Below, piece by piece: positions 1-9,208 of a stretch of DNA of 64,000 nt; the stretch's first letter is position 1, and every line of letters starts with the position of its first letter. Source of the stretch: Verrucomicrobiales bacterium. Its GTDB lineage: Bacteria > Verrucomicrobiota > Verrucomicrobiia > Verrucomicrobiales > SLCJ01. The stretch covers positions 40,369 to 104,368 of the forward strand of contig JBJTQJ010000082.1 of NCBI GenBank assembly GCA_046075565.1. Direction: 5' to 3'. Under the pieces are notes generated by a model. The model was given only the letters and a program-made list of their open reading frames with translations, made no database searches and was not told the origin of the DNA. A program made the position numbers and the translations under genes.

Positions 1-1
1 C

Positions 2-2980
2 AGCGTACGGGTGACGCAAATGACCATGAACAGTCTGCAAACGAGGGTCATCCGCGCCTCGGTGCCCTGGACAACCAAGGAACTCAAGCTGCGCTGGGAA
101 CACATTACCGACAAACTCCAGCCCGGAGCCAAAGATACCTGGACCGCTATCATCACCGGAGCCGATGGCGAAGCCGCCGTTGCCGAGATGGTCGCCACCC
201 TCTACGACGCCTCTCTCGAGGCTTTTGCCCCCCATTCTTTTTCGAGCATCTCCGGCATGTTCCGTATCGATCCGTGGATTTACGATCAAAGCCGGTTCTC
301 CTCCGATACCGGTTCGTTCACGGACTTCTTCGGATGGGACGTGGAGACGCATGACGAGCCGGATGACCCCCTCTACCGCGAGTTCTCCGATGAAATCGAG
401 ATCTTCGGCCGGCAGTTCGCTTATGGCGGCGCAGGGGGCATGAGGATGGATAAAAGCAGAAACGGAGGCCGCGGCATGGCCCTTGGCGGCGGTGTCGCGG
501 AAATGGACGGATTCGCCGCTCCCACTCCCGCTGCCGCCATGATGGCTGATGCCAGCGTCGAGCCCCTTGGAGGAGGCGAGAGCAGAAGCGCCGAAGCGAA
601 GGCGGAAAACGAGCCCGCCGACGCCTTCGCTGGCGGCGGTGGTGCGCCGAAGGCCGACACCTCCAAGGTCGCCGCCCGCAAGAACCTCCAGGAGACCGCT
701 TTCTTCTTCCCGCAGCTCACCAGCAACGACAAAGGCGAAGTGCGCATGAGCTTCACCATGCCCGAGGCGTTGACGGAATGGAAGTTCCTCGGCTTCGCCC
801 ATGATGCCCGCATGCGCTCCGGCTGGCTCGAAGGAAAAACCGTGACCGCCAAAGACCTCATGGTCCAACCAAACCCGCCGCGTTTCCTGCGCGAGGGCGA
901 CGAAATCGAATTCAGCGTGCGCATCACGAACCTCAGCGACAAGCCCCAGTCGGGCACCGCCACCTTCACGCTGGCCGACGGCGCCACCCTCGCTGATGCC
1001 ACTGCCCGCCTCGGCATCACCTCGCCGGATCAAAACTTCGAAGTCCCGGCCAAGGAATCGCGCGCCCTTTCCTGGAAAATCACCGTGCCCGATGGGGCCG
1101 GGTTCCTCCAATACAAGGCCGTGGCCACCACGGGCGATCTCTACGACGGAGAACAAGGATGGTTGCCGATCATCCCGCGCCGCATCCTCGTCACCGAATC
1201 GCTCGCCCTGCCGGTGCGCGGAGCCGGGGAAAAGAAATTCTCCTTCGACAAACTGCGCGCGAGCGGACAATCCGACTCGCTGCAAACGCAGTTCCTCCAT
1301 GTGCAGGCAGTTTCCCAGCCGGCTTGGTATGCCGTGCTTTCGTTGCCCTACCTCATGGAGTTTCCCCACGAGTGCGCGGAACAAACCTTCCATCGTTACT
1401 ACGCGAATGCCCTCGCCCGCCATATCGCGCTCTCTGATCCGAAGATCCGCACCATCTTCGAACAGTGGAAAGGCACCGAGGCCCTCGATAGTCCGCTGCT
1501 GAAAAACGAAGATCTCAAAGGCATCCTCATCGAAGAAACACCGTGGTTGCGCGAAGCCAAGGATCAATCGGCCGCCCGCCGCCGCATCGCCCTGCTCTTC
1601 GACGAAAACCACATGGCCGACCAGCTCGGGCGCGCCCTCGAACGCCTCAACCAGATGCAGTATCACAACGGGCTATTCCCGTGGTTCGACGGAGGACGCG
1701 GCAACGAGTTCATCACCCTGAATATCGTGACCGGCTTCGCCCGCCTGCGCGCCCTCGGCGTGGAAACCGACATCACCCCCGCGCTCAAGGCCTTGGGTGC
1801 CCTCGACAACGCCCTCACCGAGCGCTACCGCGAGCTGAAGAAGGCAAAAGCGCTGGACGGCAACAACCTCGACCCCTGGATTGCCCACCACCTCTACACC
1901 CGCACCTTCTTCCTCAAGGACGTCGCCTTGCAACCCGGCAACAAGGAAGCCTTCGATTATTTCAAAGGCCAAGCCGTCAAACATTGGGCCAGCCTCAACA
2001 GCCGTATGGCGCGCGCCCACGTCGGCCTCGGGCTGCACCGTCTCGGCGAAACCACCACCGCCAAACTCATCACCCGCTCGTTCCGCGAGAATGCCGTCAG
2101 CAACGAGGAGATGGGCATGTGGTGGAAAGACAACGAAGGCGAAGGCTGGTGGTGGTGGAATGCCCCCATCGAAACCCAGGCCATGATGGTCGAGGCCTTC
2201 CGCGAAATCGACGCCGACGACAAAGCCGTCGAAGACTGCCAAGTCTGGTTGATCAAACAGAAACAAGTGCAGGACTGGAAAACGACCAAGGCAACCTCCG
2301 ATGCGGTCTATGCCTTGTTGTTAGGCGGAAAGAACCTGCTCGGCTCCGATGCCCTCATCCAAATCAGCCTCGGCACCCTCGAAGTGAAACCCGGCAAAGT
2401 CGAACCCGGCACCGGCATGTTTGAAGTCCGCTTCCCCGGACCGGAGGTGAAACCCGAATTCGGCGACATCACCGTGCGCAAAAAAGACGAAGGCGTATCC
2501 TGGGCCAGCGTGCACTGGCAATACCTCGAAGACATGGCCAAGGTGACCGCCCACAATGCCACCCCGCTCAAACTGGAGAAGGCGCTCTTCCTCAAGAAAA
2601 ACACCGCCCGCGGACAAGAACTCGTCCCGCTCGACGGACCGGTGAAAGTCGGCGACGAACTCGTCACCCGTCTCGTGCTGAAAAATGATCGCGCCATGGA
2701 ATTCCTCCATCTCAAGGACTACCGCGGCAGCGGCACCGAGCCGGTGAATGTGCTCAGCGGCTACCGCTGGCAGGATGGCTTCGGGTATTACGAAGTCACC
2801 CGCGACACGGCCAGCCATTTCTTCATCGACTACCTGCCGCCCGGCACGCATGTCTTTGAATCGAGCGTGCGCGTCCAGCACGCCGGTCGTTATCAAACCG
2901 GCATCGCGGAAATCCGCTCGATGTATGCCCCGGAATTCAACGCCCACTCCGCCAGCATCCGCCTCGAAGCAGCGAAGTAA
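2..2980 (+). CDS. Bacterial alpha-2-macroglobulin family protein (5' end outside window)
   Basis: Frame open from window start; A2M hallmarks RKNLQETAFFFP, thioester-type motif FPHECAEQ (CxEQ), C-terminal MG10-like SMYAPEF. Confidence 0.92.
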   Translation, partial: SVRVTQMTMNSLQTRVIRASVPWTTKELKLRWEHITDKLQPGAKDTWTAIITGADGEAAVAEMVATLYDASLEAFAPHSFSSISGMFRIDPWIYDQSRFSSDTGSFTDFFGWDVETHDEPDDPLYREFSDEIEIFGRQFAYGGAGGMRMDKSRNGGRGMALGGGVAEMDGFAAPTPAAAMMADASVEPLGGGESRSAEAKAENEPADAFAGGGGAPKADTSKVAARKNLQETAFFFPQLTSNDKGEVRMSFTMPEALTEWKFLGFAHDARMRSGWLEGKTVTAKDLMVQPNPPRFLREGDEIEFSVRITNLSDKPQSGTATFTLADGATLADATARLGITSPDQNFEVPAKESRALSWKITVPDGAGFLQYKAVATTGDLYDGEQGWLPIIPRRILVTESLALPVRGAGEKKFSFDKLRASGQSDSLQTQFLHVQAVSQPAWYAVLSLPYLMEFPHECAEQTFHRYYANALARHIALSDPKIRTIFEQWKGTEALDSPLLKNEDLKGILIEETPWLREAKDQSAARRRIALLFDENHMADQLGRALERLNQMQYHNGLFPWFDGGRGNEFITLNIVTGFARLRALGVETDITPALKALGALDNALTERYRELKKAKALDGNNLDPWIAHHLYTRTFFLKDVALQPGNKEAFDYFKGQAVKHWASLNSRMARAHVGLGLHRLGETTTAKLITRSFRENAVSNEEMGMWWKDNEGEGWWWWNAPIETQAMMVEAFREIDADDKAVEDCQVWLIKQKQVQDWKTTKATSDAVYALLLGGKNLLGSDALIQISLGTLEVKPGKVEPGTGMFEVRFPGPEVKPEFGDITVRKKDEGVSWASVHWQYLEDMAKVTAHNATPLKLEKALFLKKNTARGQELVPLDGPVKVGDELVTRLVLKNDRAMEFLHLKDYRGSGTEPVNVLSGYRWQDGFGYYEVTRDTASHFFIDYLPPGTHVFESSVRVQHAGRYQTGIAEIRSMYAPEFNAHSASIRLEAAK

Positions 2981-3028
2981 CGCGGCCGAACAGAAGCAGC
3001 ATTGCCCGCTTCGCGGGCTTGAGCGACG

Positions 3029-3385
3029 ATTGAAGATCGAAGATTGATGATTTCCGATTTCCTGAAGACCTTGAGACGCCAAGGAGAAGCGCGAAAAGTC
3101 GTCAATCCTCCGCGCGGAGCGTGTCCTTGCATCGCTCGGCGGTGGCTTGCCCGTTGGAGTTCGGGCTTCAGCCCGTCGTGTGGCTTCAGTGACGACTGAC
3201 TATTGTTGATCCTTGGAACAAAAATGAACCACAGATTTCACCCTACGCCGCCCTACGGGCTATGAAGGGCAAACGGATAGGCACGGATTTAATGAATTGC
3301 GCGGCTGGCACCGCTCATCTTCTGGATGCCCAATTCCTCTTTCATATCATCCTCAGTATCTGTGCTTTCCGTGTAATCCGTGGTT
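3029..3385. repeat. Composite intergenic repeat: heptamer-type tract + GGAG REP half (3153-3175) + AACCACGGAT-type inverted repeat pair (3227-3385)
   Basis: Colinear similarity to 32927-33311 and partial similarity to 6961-7118. Confidence 0.8.
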
Positions 3386-3506
3386 TTTGTTTCTGAACTC
3401 CCGATCAAACGGAAGATGTCCGACCGCGCCTCTGGCCGGTCATCGGGGAACTCCGGGCGAGGATCCACTTGGCAAAGCGCCCGGACAATGGCTTGGTTAG
3501 GATGAA

Positions 3507-4838
3507 ATGCCCGGCCTGACCCTGCACAGCACCCGTTCACCCGAGATTTCCGTTTCCCTGGAGGAAGCGGTCATGAGCGCCCTTGCGCCCGATGGTGGGC
3601 TTTACATGCCCGATGTCATTCCCGTGCTGCCGGACTCATTCTGGAAGTCGTGGCGGGAACTTTCCTTCCCCGAGATGGCGGCGGAGGTAGCGGGCACCTT
3701 GTTCAAAAGCGCGATTGACCAAGCGACCTTGTCGTCCATGTGCCGGGAGGCTCTGGATTTTCCGGTGCCGGTGGTGGAACCCTCTCCGGGCTTGCGGGTG
3801 CTCGAGCTATTCCACGGCCCCACCCTCGCCTTCAAGGATTTCGGGGCTCGTTTGATGTCGCGTCTGATGGGTCATTTCGCAAAACAACGCGGAAAAGAAC
3901 TGGTCATCCTCGCGGCAACTTCGGGCGACACCGGTGGCGCGGTCGCCAGCGCCTTCCATCATGTGCCCGGCACCCATGTGATCATTCTTTACCCCTCCGG
4001 CCGGGTCAGCCCGTTGCAGGAGAAACAACTGACCACCCTCGGCGGCAATGTCACGGCCGTGGAGGTGGCTGGTTCGTTCGACGATTGCCAGCACATGGTG
4101 AAGTCGGCCTTTCTCGACAAGGCATTGTCGGAGCGGCGCGGCTTGACCTCGGCGAACTCGATCAACATCGCCCGCCTCGTGCCCCAGATGTTCTATTACT
4201 TCGAGGCGGCGCGTGCTCTGCCCGAAGGCGAGGAGCCGGTCTTCGTGGTGCCGAGCGGAAACTTCGGAAATCTAACCGCCGGATTGTTCGCCCAAGCGAT
4301 GGGACTGCCGGTCAAAGCTTTCGTCGCGGCAACCAATATCAACGACACGGTCCCGCTTTTCCTGGGCGGAGAGGCCTACGCGCCCAAACCATCGGTGGCC
4401 ACCCTCTCGAATGCCATGGACGTCGGCGCACCGAGCAACTTCGAACGCATGTTCGCCCTCTGCGGCAGCGACGAGGAAAAATTGCGCGGGCTGGTGTTCG
4501 GCCAGGTGGTCAGTGATTCCGTGGCCTTGGCCGTGATGGAGCAAGTGTGGCGCGAGCATCGTTACCAACTCGACCCGCACACGGCGGTGGGTTGGCAGGC
4601 CGCCACCGATTGGCTCCGCGCCCATCCCGGCGACCATCCCGTCGTGCTCTCGACCGCCCATCCGTCGAAGTTCCTCGAAACCGCCGCCCGCGCCTACGGC
4701 GGCGACCCGGTCGAGATCCCGGAACGCCTCGCCCGCCTCGCCAATCTGCCCAAACTTTCCGTGTCCATGGCCGCCGACCCCGAGGCATTCAAGGACTGGC
4801 TGGCCAAGGGAGGCGGCGCCTCCGAAGCCTATTCTTAA
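3507..4838 (+). CDS. thrC: Threonine synthase
   Basis: LAPDGGLY, ELFHGPTLAFKDFG (PLP lysine), ATSGDTG, SANSINIARL, VPSGNFGN. Confidence 0.96.
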   Translation: MPGLTLHSTRSPEISVSLEEAVMSALAPDGGLYMPDVIPVLPDSFWKSWRELSFPEMAAEVAGTLFKSAIDQATLSSMCREALDFPVPVVEPSPGLRVLELFHGPTLAFKDFGARLMSRLMGHFAKQRGKELVILAATSGDTGGAVASAFHHVPGTHVIILYPSGRVSPLQEKQLTTLGGNVTAVEVAGSFDDCQHMVKSAFLDKALSERRGLTSANSINIARLVPQMFYYFEAARALPEGEEPVFVVPSGNFGNLTAGLFAQAMGLPVKAFVAATNINDTVPLFLGGEAYAPKPSVATLSNAMDVGAPSNFERMFALCGSDEEKLRGLVFGQVVSDSVALAVMEQVWREHRYQLDPHTAVGWQAATDWLRAHPGDHPVVLSTAHPSKFLETAARAYGGDPVEIPERLARLANLPKLSVSMAADPEAFKDWLAKGGGASEAYS

Positions 4839-4962
4839 GGGCTGTGAGAGCGGCCTCTGCCTCTTGAAACCACCGGCCAAGAGGTCAACCGCCGGAGGCG
4901 GGGGCTTGCCGAGAGGCGGTTTCCTGCTATGGTTCCCGCTGCCCCTACCCCCGAATTCAACC

Positions 4963-5661
4963 ATGCCTGCCCTCCCGCGTTACCTTCTGGCCACCTTTTC
5001 CGCCGCGTTGCTGGTGCTGCCGTCGTGCAACACCATCCCGAGCGCGGAGAAAAAGCAATCCGCCGCCTGGCAATTGCAGCATGACACCTTCCGCCAAGGC
5101 GAGAAGTGGAAAAAGGATTCTTTCGTGAATGAGGAGGTCGTCGCCAAACTCACGCCGGAGAATACCACCATGCGCGTGCAGTTGTGGGAACAACGCGGCC
5201 TTTTGCTCCATGCCGACAATGATATCGCGATCGATTTCCCCATTTCGAGCGGACGCCGCGCCTTCCCGACCAAACCCGGCAGCTACAAGGTTATCGACAA
5301 GAAGCTGAAGCACTCGTCCAACCTCTACGGCAAATACGTGGAACTCGAAACGGGCAAGGTGCTCAACTCCGACGTGGATACGACGGTGGACAAAATGCCG
5401 GAGAACGCGCGTTATGTCGGCTCGTCCATGCCGTATTTCCTGCGCCTGACCAACACCGGCCTCGGCCTGCATGTCGGCATCGTGCCGGGCTACCCGGCAT
5501 CCCACGGTTGCGTGCGGGTGCCTGGCAAGATCATGCCGAAAGTCTTTTCTCTTGTTCCGAAGGGCACTCCGGTCGAGATCGTGAAAGACAATCCCTCTCC
5601 CGCCACCGAGGAGAAGCCGGCTTCGAAAAAGAAATCGGGCGCTCAGGTCGCGCGAAATTGA
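4963..5661 (+). CDS. L,D-transpeptidase (YkuD) family lipoprotein
   Basis: Lipobox-like LPSC; GLHVG..PGYPASHGCVRV catalytic His/Cys motif. Confidence 0.88.
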   Translation: MPALPRYLLATFSAALLVLPSCNTIPSAEKKQSAAWQLQHDTFRQGEKWKKDSFVNEEVVAKLTPENTTMRVQLWEQRGLLLHADNDIAIDFPISSGRRAFPTKPGSYKVIDKKLKHSSNLYGKYVELETGKVLNSDVDTTVDKMPENARYVGSSMPYFLRLTNTGLGLHVGIVPGYPASHGCVRVPGKIMPKVFSLVPKGTPVEIVKDNPSPATEEKPASKKKSGAQVARN

Positions 5662-5687
5662 TCCAGAATCAAAAACAGATTCATCGC

Positions 5688-6140
5688 ATGTCCGCACCCT
5701 TCGCATCAAGGGCCGACCGCAAGGCCGTCGAGAACGCCCTCGCCTTCGCGCCCAAGTTTGACGCCAATGGCCTCATCGTCGCCATCGCCACCGATTGGAA
5801 AACCAATGAGGTGTTGATGGTCGCCTACATGAACGAGGAGGCCTTGCGCCGGACACTCGAGATCGGCGAGGCGGTATATTACAGCCGCAGCCGCAAGGAA
5901 CAATGGCACAAGGGCGCGACCAGCGGTCACGTGCAGGTCGTGCATGAGATCCTCACCGACTGCGATCAGGACGCACTCGTGCTCAAGGTCGAACAGAAAG
6001 GCCCCGGCTGCTGCCACAACGGCTACAGCTCGTGTTTCTACCGCAGCGTGCCCATGGGCATCGCCGATGCCGGAGATTATCCATTGGAAAAAGCCGCCGA
6101 GCCGGTCTTCGATGCCGGCAAGGTCTACGGCAAAAGCTAA
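5688..6140 (+). CDS. hisI: Phosphoribosyl-AMP cyclohydrolase
   Basis: VLMVAYMN, YYSRSR, WHKGATSGH, DCDQD, CHNGYSSCF. Confidence 0.95.
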   Translation: MSAPFASRADRKAVENALAFAPKFDANGLIVAIATDWKTNEVLMVAYMNEEALRRTLEIGEAVYYSRSRKEQWHKGATSGHVQVVHEILTDCDQDALVLKVEQKGPGCCHNGYSSCFYRSVPMGIADAGDYPLEKAAEPVFDAGKVYGKS

Positions 6141-6143
6141 GCC

Positions 6144-6881
6144 ATGGCTGCAGTCTCCTCGCGCAGAAGATCAACGGGCAGCCCTCGTCTCCCGACGATG
6201 CGTCCGGTGGCATGGGTGTTTGTCATCGTGCTCGTGGCCGGGCTTTACGCGTGGGATCGGTGGAACGAAAACAACTCCCCGGACAAGAAACCAACACCAG
6301 CGGCGAAGGCCGAGCCGGGCAAAGCTCACGACTCGAAACACTCCGAGAAGTCGAAGCCAAAGACCACCGCGGCCAGCGCGAACGGAAGCTGGCGCACGCT
6401 CGACAAAGCCCGCCTCGTCGAAAACGGCGGCAATGATGGCGACAGCTTCTCCATCACCGACAAAAGCGGAGAACAGCGATACCGGCTCTATTTCGTGGAC
6501 ACGCCGGAAACCTCGCGGCGATTCCCCGACCGTCTCGGTCATCAGGCCCGCTACTTCGATGGCATCTCCTTCGATCAGTTGATCTCCGGTGGCAAGGAAG
6601 CAAAGGAGTATTCACTCGACCTGCTCCGCCGTCACGAATTGGAAATCTGGACAAAAGACGAACGTGTGGTGGACTCGGATCGCCTGCACGCACTCGTGCG
6701 TTTCCCTGACATGCCCGGCAAGCCGTGGTTGCACGAGGAACTCGTGAAGGCCGGTCTCGCCCGGATCTATACCATGCCGACCGATCTGCCCGACGGCACC
6801 CCGAAGGAACAACACCTTAAGCATCTCAAGGATCTGGAAGCCGGTGCCCGCCGCAACAAACATGGGTTGTGGGGTGAGTGA
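6144..6881 (+). CDS. Thermonuclease (SNase-like) family protein, membrane-anchored (start may be 6198)
   Basis: N-terminal TM helix; DGDSF, RLYFVDTPE, LVKAGLARIY, C-terminal GLWG. Confidence 0.85.
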   Translation: MAAVSSRRRSTGSPRLPTMRPVAWVFVIVLVAGLYAWDRWNENNSPDKKPTPAAKAEPGKAHDSKHSEKSKPKTTAASANGSWRTLDKARLVENGGNDGDSFSITDKSGEQRYRLYFVDTPETSRRFPDRLGHQARYFDGISFDQLISGGKEAKEYSLDLLRRHELEIWTKDERVVDSDRLHALVRFPDMPGKPWLHEELVKAGLARIYTMPTDLPDGTPKEQHLKHLKDLEAGARRNKHGLWGE

Positions 6882-6960
6882 ATTTCGGAATGATCCGAAT
6901 GGATCGTCGTAAACGGAAAACGGGGAATTGCCATGGCCTGCTCGGACGCCTCACGGCTTC

Positions 6961-7075
6961 ATTGACGAATGACGAGAGCTGATTGTTGATTTCGGATGTT
7001 CTTGAAAACCTTGAGGCGCCTAGGAGAGGCGCGACAAATCAAAATTCCAAAATCGTCAATCACCACTCATCAATC
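6961..7075. repeat. Heptamer-unit inverted repeat (ATTGACG-like left arm, AATCGTCAATC-like right arm)
   Basis: Similar to 3029-3110 and 32927-33000. Confidence 0.6.
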
Positions 7076-7091
7076 TTACGTGCGCAGCGGT

Positions 7092-7199
7092 GGGTTGGAG
7101 TTCGGGCTTTAGCCCGTCTCTTGCCGCGGTGACAATGGTCCGACGGGCTAAAGCCCGAACTCCAACAAATTGCCCGCCATCATCACCGACAGGCGCGCC
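7092..7199. repeat. REP doublet (GGAG-type), copy 1
   Basis: 25-bp perfect inverted arms gttggagttcgggctttagcccgtc at 7094-7118 and 7142-7166; 104 bp identical to 7563-7666. Confidence 0.92.
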
Positions 7200-7562
7200 G
7201 CTCGAATCGAAGCCTGGTCTGGCATCCGCGCGCCTCATCTGACACCTCCTGCCCATTGGCCGTCGGCAAGTCAACTACACATTCCTGCTCTTGGGGACAA
7301 TGTGGATACACCCTCAAAGCGGTGGAGGAACCACCGCAGTCCAGAGCCTCCGGCGGATGATGGGTGGCTCGATTCAAAATCGAAAGCGAGAGTATTCATG
7401 ACGACTCTGCTGCGTAAGCGCCGCAGGCTCTCGGACCACTGGGATTCTTCCCAACTCTTGGGAGGACGAGTTGGACCGGCGATCATGCGCTATCCCGCGA
7501 CAATCAAGGATTCGTGACGAGAGGCGGGGAATAGCCATGGTCTGCGCGAAGACTCCGGTTCA

Positions 7563-7670
7563 GGGTTGGAGTTCGGGCTTTAGCCCGTCTCTTGCCGCGG
7601 TGACAATGGTCCGACGGGCTAAAGCCCGAACTCCAACAAATTGCCCGCCATCATCACCGACAGGCGTGCC
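7563..7670. repeat. REP doublet (GGAG-type), copy 2
   Basis: Direct repeat of 7092-7199. Confidence 0.92.
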
Positions 7671-7671
7671 C

Positions 7672-8376
7672 TCAATCCTTCTTCGGCTGATCTTTCCACA
7701 CGATCTTCGATGCGTTGTCGGCACGGCCGATCTGTTTCACGTCGCGGAAGTCGATGCCCTCGATTTCCCCGCGTGAGCCTTTGCTGGTTAATTTCAGGAG
7801 ACAGTCGCCGTCTTTGCAGCCGATATTCTTCAAGGTGACGCGAAAGGCGGTGTCGCGGTATTTCTCGGTGCCATTGCCGCGCACGGCGGTTCCGAAATCC
7901 TCGAAGCGGAGATTCTCGCCATGGAAAGGCCCCTTATGATTCATCTGCACGACCTTGTCGGCGGCATCGCGGGCACCGCCGCCGATCCATTTCACGTTCC
8001 CTCCATCGATCGTGACGGCATCTTCACCGACATCCTCGAACCACACGTCGAGCAGCAGATTATTCCCCCGGCAATGGATGCCATCGGCGCCGGGTTTACC
8101 GATGATGACACGTTTCACGTTCGCGCCTTTCATCAACGAGATGACCGGGCGCTGCGCTTCGCGCTGGCTGCCGTCGCCGAGTTTGCGGGAAGGAACGAAT
8201 CGGGTGTAATTGAAATCGACCGTCTGGCCGGCCGGAATGATGATCGGGCTGTCCACCACGACCGTGCGGGTGGGTTCCGGCATTGCCCAGCGCAAGGGCG
8301 GGCCGTCGGCGCGGGCCGTTGCCGCCGCGGTCAACAGCAGCGCGGAAGCAATAAGAATTCGGGAAGAGGACGGCAT
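7672..8376 (-). CDS. Secreted pectate lyase, PL3-like
   Basis: Signal peptide; GADGIHC, VWFEDVGEDAVT, GGGARDAADKVVQMN motifs typical of PL3. Confidence 0.8.
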   Translation of the reverse strand: MPSSSRILIASALLLTAAATARADGPPLRWAMPEPTRTVVVDSPIIIPAGQTVDFNYTRFVPSRKLGDGSQREAQRPVISLMKGANVKRVIIGKPGADGIHCRGNNLLLDVWFEDVGEDAVTIDGGNVKWIGGGARDAADKVVQMNHKGPFHGENLRFEDFGTAVRGNGTEKYRDTAFRVTLKNIGCKDGDCLLKLTSKGSRGEIEGIDFRDVKQIGRADNASKIVWKDQPKKD

Positions 8377-8414
8377 GGCGGATTTTCTAACAAGCGAGCC
8401 GAACCCACGCTTGT

Positions 8415-9143
8415 TCACACGACGGCGGGGCGGAGGGACTCGGCGAGGCCGCGGAAGAAATGGTAGCCCCAACCCCATTGGTCGTCGCCGGACCAGTCAG
8501 GATCGTAGTGGTGGCGTTTGTAGATGAAACGCTCGGGGTGGGGCATGAGCCCGAAGACACGTCCATTTTCGCTCTGCACGGCGGCGATAGCATGCGTCGA
8601 GCCGTTGATGTCGCTGGTGTAAGTGAGGGCGGCAAGACCACTTTCGAGGTATTCGGCGGCGCGGTCGCCCGGGGCCACGAACCGGCCTTCCGCATGAGCG
8701 ACAGGCAGTTCGAATTCATCGGGCAAGCACGCGAGGAAGGGGCTGCGTCGATCGACGACCTTGAGACCGGCCCAGCGGCACATGAAGCGTCCGCTGGTGT
8801 TGTCGATAAGGCTTCCTTCGGGAAGGAGCCCGAGTTTCACGAGGATCTGGAAACCATTGCAGACACCGAGCACATGGCCACCGGCAGCGGCGAAATCCTT
8901 GAGGGCGGAGCCCAAACGCGCTTCCATCTGGAGCTGGGCGATGCGCCCGGCCATGACGTAGTCGCCGTAGGAAAATCCACCGGAGAGCAGGACGAGGTCC
9001 ACATTTTCCAGCGATGCCGGGGAAACGAGGCTGATGGGCAGGATGGTCGTGCGGAAACCGACGGTTTCGAGGGCGCGGGCGGACTCGGCGTCGCAGTTCG
9101 TGCCGGGAAACTTGAGGAGCAGGGCGTGGGGCTGACAATCCAT
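8415..9143 (-). CDS. purQ: FGAM synthase glutaminase subunit
   Basis: FPGTNCD, GGFSYGD, GVCNGFQ, AHAEG, GLMPHPER. Confidence 0.95.
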   Translation of the reverse strand: MDCQPHALLLKFPGTNCDAESARALETVGFRTTILPISLVSPASLENVDLVLLSGGFSYGDYVMAGRIAQLQMEARLGSALKDFAAAGGHVLGVCNGFQILVKLGLLPEGSLIDNTSGRFMCRWAGLKVVDRRSPFLACLPDEFELPVAHAEGRFVAPGDRAAEYLESGLAALTYTSDINGSTHAIAAVQSENGRVFGLMPHPERFIYKRHHYDPDWSGDDQWGWGYHFFRGLAESLRPAVV

Positions 9144-9152
9144 TCTACTTCG

Positions 9153-9202
9153 AACATGCCATGGGCGATGCCGCTTGGCAAGCGGCCCGACCCGGGTATG
9201 AT
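9153..9202. promoter_or_regulatory. Putative back-to-back sigma70 promoters for purQ and trpD sharing TTGGCAA
   Basis: + strand TTGGCA-16-TATGAT-6-ATG(9209); - strand TTGCCA-17-CATGTT-9-ATG(9143). Confidence 0.5.
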
Positions 9203-9208
9203 GCCCGG

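Noticed and set aside
7200-7562. RAYT/transposase remnant between the REP doublets
   Set aside because: No HUH or other recognisable motif in the short ORFs.
7092-7670. CRISPR array
   Set aside because: Only two long units with a ~365-bp gap, no regular spacers and no cas genes; the structure is REP-like.
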